From: Chamaesiphon sp.
GTDB taxonomy: Bacteria; Cyanobacteriota; Cyanobacteriia; Cyanobacteriales; Chamaesiphonaceae
Reading direction: 5' to 3'
Length of the DNA: 64,000 nt
Assembly (NCBI GenBank): GCA_965246715.1
Contig: CBDFFH010000038.1
Coordinates: forward strand, 32,001-96,000
The notes below the pieces were generated by a model that was given only the letters and a program-made list of their open reading frames with translations, did not search any database and was not told the DNA's origin. Below are positions 61,391 through 64,000 of the stretch, one piece after another (position 1 is the stretch's first letter; each line of letters opens with the position of its first letter). A program made the translations under genes and the position numbers.

Positions 61391-62739
61391 TAATCTCGAT
61401 CGGGTGGCTGGGCGATGTTGGTTTCAGACGACAAGTCCGATCTCGGCTCCACTGGCGCTGCCATACTACCGATTTCGACTTCGGCAATACTCAAGCCCTG
61501 TTGATGTGCGAGGGCAGTATGTTTGCTCGCACCGACTCGCTGAGCGCGATAAATCCCCGTGTGTCCCGAGCAGAGATAACTGATGATGCAGGCAATCGCG
61601 GCATAACTTCCCGCTGCAGCCCCAAATAACTCGATCGCCATCATCGTTGCCGCCACGGGCGTATTCGCCGCACCTGCAAATACACCGACAAAACCCATCC
61701 CAGCAAGTAATGGTGTGGGCAGTGGCAACAACGGCGCGAGCGCATTACCTAATGTCGCACCGATATAAAATAACGGCGTTACTTCACCACCCTTAAATCC
61801 CGCCCCGAGCGTCAGCGCGGTAAAGCCAATTTTGGCGGCGAAGTCCCAAGGTGGTAGTTGAGTAGTAAAGGCACTCAAGATCGTTGGAATCCCCAAACCG
61901 ACATATTTAGTCGTCCCAACTGCGGCAATCGCCAGCGCTACGAAGAACCCGCCGATAACTGGACGGAAGGGTGGGTAGCTAATTTGTGCCTTGAAATAAC
62001 TACCGATCCGATGTGTTAGTTGTGTAAATACCCTTGCTGTCAGTCCAAATAATCCCCCTGCCACGATCGCTGTCAGTAGCCCCCAGATCGTCATTTGGGG
62101 TACTGCTGGAATTAAATAGACCGTGTGATGTAAACCCCAAGCTAACGTCACGCGATCGCCAACGATTGACGCGATCGCACATGCAAACAATCCCTCGTAG
62201 CTAAATTTCCCAAACGCTAAGACTTCCAATCCAAACAACATGCCTGCCAATGGCGTACCAAAGACCGAGCCAAATCCACCGCTAATCCCCGCCATCAATA
62301 CGATCCGCCGATCTCTAGCCCCGAGTCGAAATATCAGTGCCACCCGATCGGCAAGTGCCGCACCCATTTGTAATGCCGTCCCCTCACGCCCCGCAGAGCC
62401 ACCAACCAGATGCGCGATCGTCGTGCCGACTAGTACTAGCGGTGCCATCCGGAGTGGAATCGTCGCCTGAGGATTGTGAATTTCTTCCAGCAGCAAGTTA
62501 TTGCCTGCTTCAACACTCCGCCCCCAGTAATGGTACATTAGCCCACTCAGCAGCCCACCAAGGGGTAATAGCCAAATTATCCACAGATGAGCTTCCCGCC
62601 ATGCTGTGGCCCATTCCAATGCCGCGAGGAGGACTGCCGATGCCATGCCAGTAAGCGTGCCGACGCTAACGCCGATCGCTAGCCACTTAACTAAGTCGCG
62701 AAGCTGCCATTCCCACTCGGATTTCACCGCTCTACTCAT
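61390..62739 (-). CDS. eriC: CLC-family anion transporter, fluoride-exporter (CLC-F) clade
   Basis: GNNLL, GREGT and GEVTP signatures. Confidence 0.88.
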   Translation of the reverse strand: MSRAVKSEWEWQLRDLVKWLAIGVSVGTLTGMASAVLLAALEWATAWREAHLWIIWLLPLGGLLSGLMYHYWGRSVEAGNNLLLEEIHNPQATIPLRMAPLVLVGTTIAHLVGGSAGREGTALQMGAALADRVALIFRLGARDRRIVLMAGISGGFGSVFGTPLAGMLFGLEVLAFGKFSYEGLFACAIASIVGDRVTLAWGLHHTVYLIPAVPQMTIWGLLTAIVAGGLFGLTARVFTQLTHRIGSYFKAQISYPPFRPVIGGFFVALAIAAVGTTKYVGLGIPTILSAFTTQLPPWDFAAKIGFTALTLGAGFKGGEVTPLFYIGATLGNALAPLLPLPTPLLAGMGFVGVFAGAANTPVAATMMAIELFGAAAGSYAAIACIISYLCSGHTGIYRAQRVGASKHTALAHQQGLSIAEVEIGSMAAPVEPRSDLSSETNIAQPPDRD

Positions 62740-62931
62740 TTAATTTGCTTGGAATCGAACTATTCTTGGTATGTGAAATGCAGAGCGAAGATACTAAAAA
62801 CGATCGCAAGTTAGCCTCGATCGGGAATAATTACGATAGTAACGAGGTAACATAGAGATTAACGCATAAATCTGTTACTGCCGAACATTATCCCTACAGC
62901 ACGATTACATCCATAGGAGTAGTAAATCAAC

Positions 62932-64000
62932 ATGCAATCACGCGCAGTTCGGGAAGGTTCGGTAGGATTGCTGTTAATCGCAGGATTGGCGGTATTCGGT
63001 GGGATTTTTTTGTGGCTCAAAGGATTGGCTCCTGGCAGTCAGACTTACAATATTATCGCTAGATTTGCCGAAGCACCAGGGATTCAACCGGGAGGGGTCG
63101 TCCGGTTTCGGGGGATTAGGGTCGGCAAAATCGCCAAAATCGAACCTGGTGCCAATGGTGTCGAGGTAGTGATGCAAATGGACGATCCCAATCTAACCAT
63201 TCCCAAAGATGTCAGTATCGAAATCAGTCAGACTGGGTTGATTGGCGAACCCGTGTTAGAAATTATCCCCCGGAATACAGTCGCATTAAATACTAATGCG
63301 ATCGCTAAAGCATTGGATAGTAAATGCGACCCCAAATTGATTCTCTGTAATAACGCGCGGGTAGATGGACAAATTGGTGCGAGTTTTAATGAATTGCTGC
63401 GACGGGCAACAAAATTGGTCGATTTATATAGTAATCCCCAACTTGTTAACAATCTCAACGCTACGCTAGCAAAAACTGGAACAGCCGCCGAAGATTTTTC
63501 GCGGCTGTCCAAGAACTTAACTAAACTCAGCAGTGATTTTTCGAGCTTGCCCAAAAGTGTCGAGTCGAGTTTAAATAAGTTGTCTGTTAAAGCAGATGTG
63601 CTGACCACATCATTATCTACCACTAGTAATAAATTTGGTAATACGGCGGATAAGTTTAATACAACTGCCACTCAATTAAATCAAACCGCGATCGAGTACA
63701 AAAAGTTAGCGACATCTGTTAATGGTTTGGTTGCTGAAAATCGCAAAACTTTTACAACTTCATTAAATAACTTTAACGCTCTAAGTCTCGATTTACGAAA
63801 AACTGTTAATGCAGTCAATCCCTCGATCGTTAAGCTCAACTCAACGCTATCTAAAGTAAATTCCGATAAATTGGCGAAAGATTTAGATGCAGTATTAACC
63901 AATGCCAATCAAACTTCGCTCAACCTTAAAAATGCTTCGGCAACTCTCAACGATCCAAAGACATTATTAATCCTCCAACAGACATTAGATTCCGCACGAA
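62932..64000 (+). CDS. mlaD: MlaD/MCE-family protein (partial, runs off the window)
   Basis: AGGAG RBS; MQSRAVREGSVGLLLIAGL...GIQPGGVVRFRGIRVGKI...QTGLIGE then a coiled coil. Confidence 0.9.
   Translation, partial: MQSRAVREGSVGLLLIAGLAVFGGIFLWLKGLAPGSQTYNIIARFAEAPGIQPGGVVRFRGIRVGKIAKIEPGANGVEVVMQMDDPNLTIPKDVSIEISQTGLIGEPVLEIIPRNTVALNTNAIAKALDSKCDPKLILCNNARVDGQIGASFNELLRRATKLVDLYSNPQLVNNLNATLAKTGTAAEDFSRLSKNLTKLSSDFSSLPKSVESSLNKLSVKADVLTTSLSTTSNKFGNTADKFNTTATQLNQTAIEYKKLATSVNGLVAENRKTFTTSLNNFNALSLDLRKTVNAVNPSIVKLNSTLSKVNSDKLAKDLDAVLTNANQTSLNLKNASATLNDPKTLLILQQTLDSAR

Noticed and set aside
63228..63908. Minus-strand ORFs at the window end
   Set aside because: Shadows of the plus-strand MlaD gene.
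1..64000. Very frequent GCGATCGC/CGATCG
   Set aside because: The known cyanobacterial HIP1 signature; used only as a taxonomic and nativeness marker.
1..64000. CRISPR array, tRNA or rRNA
   Set aside because: No regularly spaced repeat-spacer units and no recognisable structural RNA gene.

Overview
A 64-kb chromosomal segment from a cyanobacterium. Evidence: very dense HIP1-type GCGATCGC/CGATCG palindromes, psb27, a cyanobacteriochrome kinase and cyanobacteria-type small proteins. A Chamaesiphon-like origin is my guess, not proven. Most of the window is housekeeping (zur, purS/purQ, trpC, gpsA, lipA, comF, psb27, bioY, lspA, coaE, gcvT, ppk1, aroQ, CLC-F exporter, MlaD). Accessory highlights: (1) a two-gene BREX/Shango-like module, a membrane-anchored coiled-coil protein with four 75-aa repeats plus a BrxD/DUF2791-type ATPase, with no helicase next to it; (2) a Nif11-leader precursor peptide convergent with a B12-dependent radical SAM enzyme, near a 600-aa orphan and a cobalamin-binding protein; (3) a Zn-ribbon/HEPN-like gene split by a complete ISL3 (25-bp IRs, 8-bp target duplication), with integron-cassette-like ends; (4) a 2.2-kb mosaic of three broken genes bracketed by a 57-bp duplication of the comF 3' end; (5) apparent pseudo-enzymes (S1C protease, NarL receiver, HAD, glycogen phosphorylase); (6) three MITE shells sharing palindromic cargo, and short repeats inserted in frame into proteins. 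I recognised no rRNA, tRNA or CRISPR array. All family calls come from motif recognition, not database searches.
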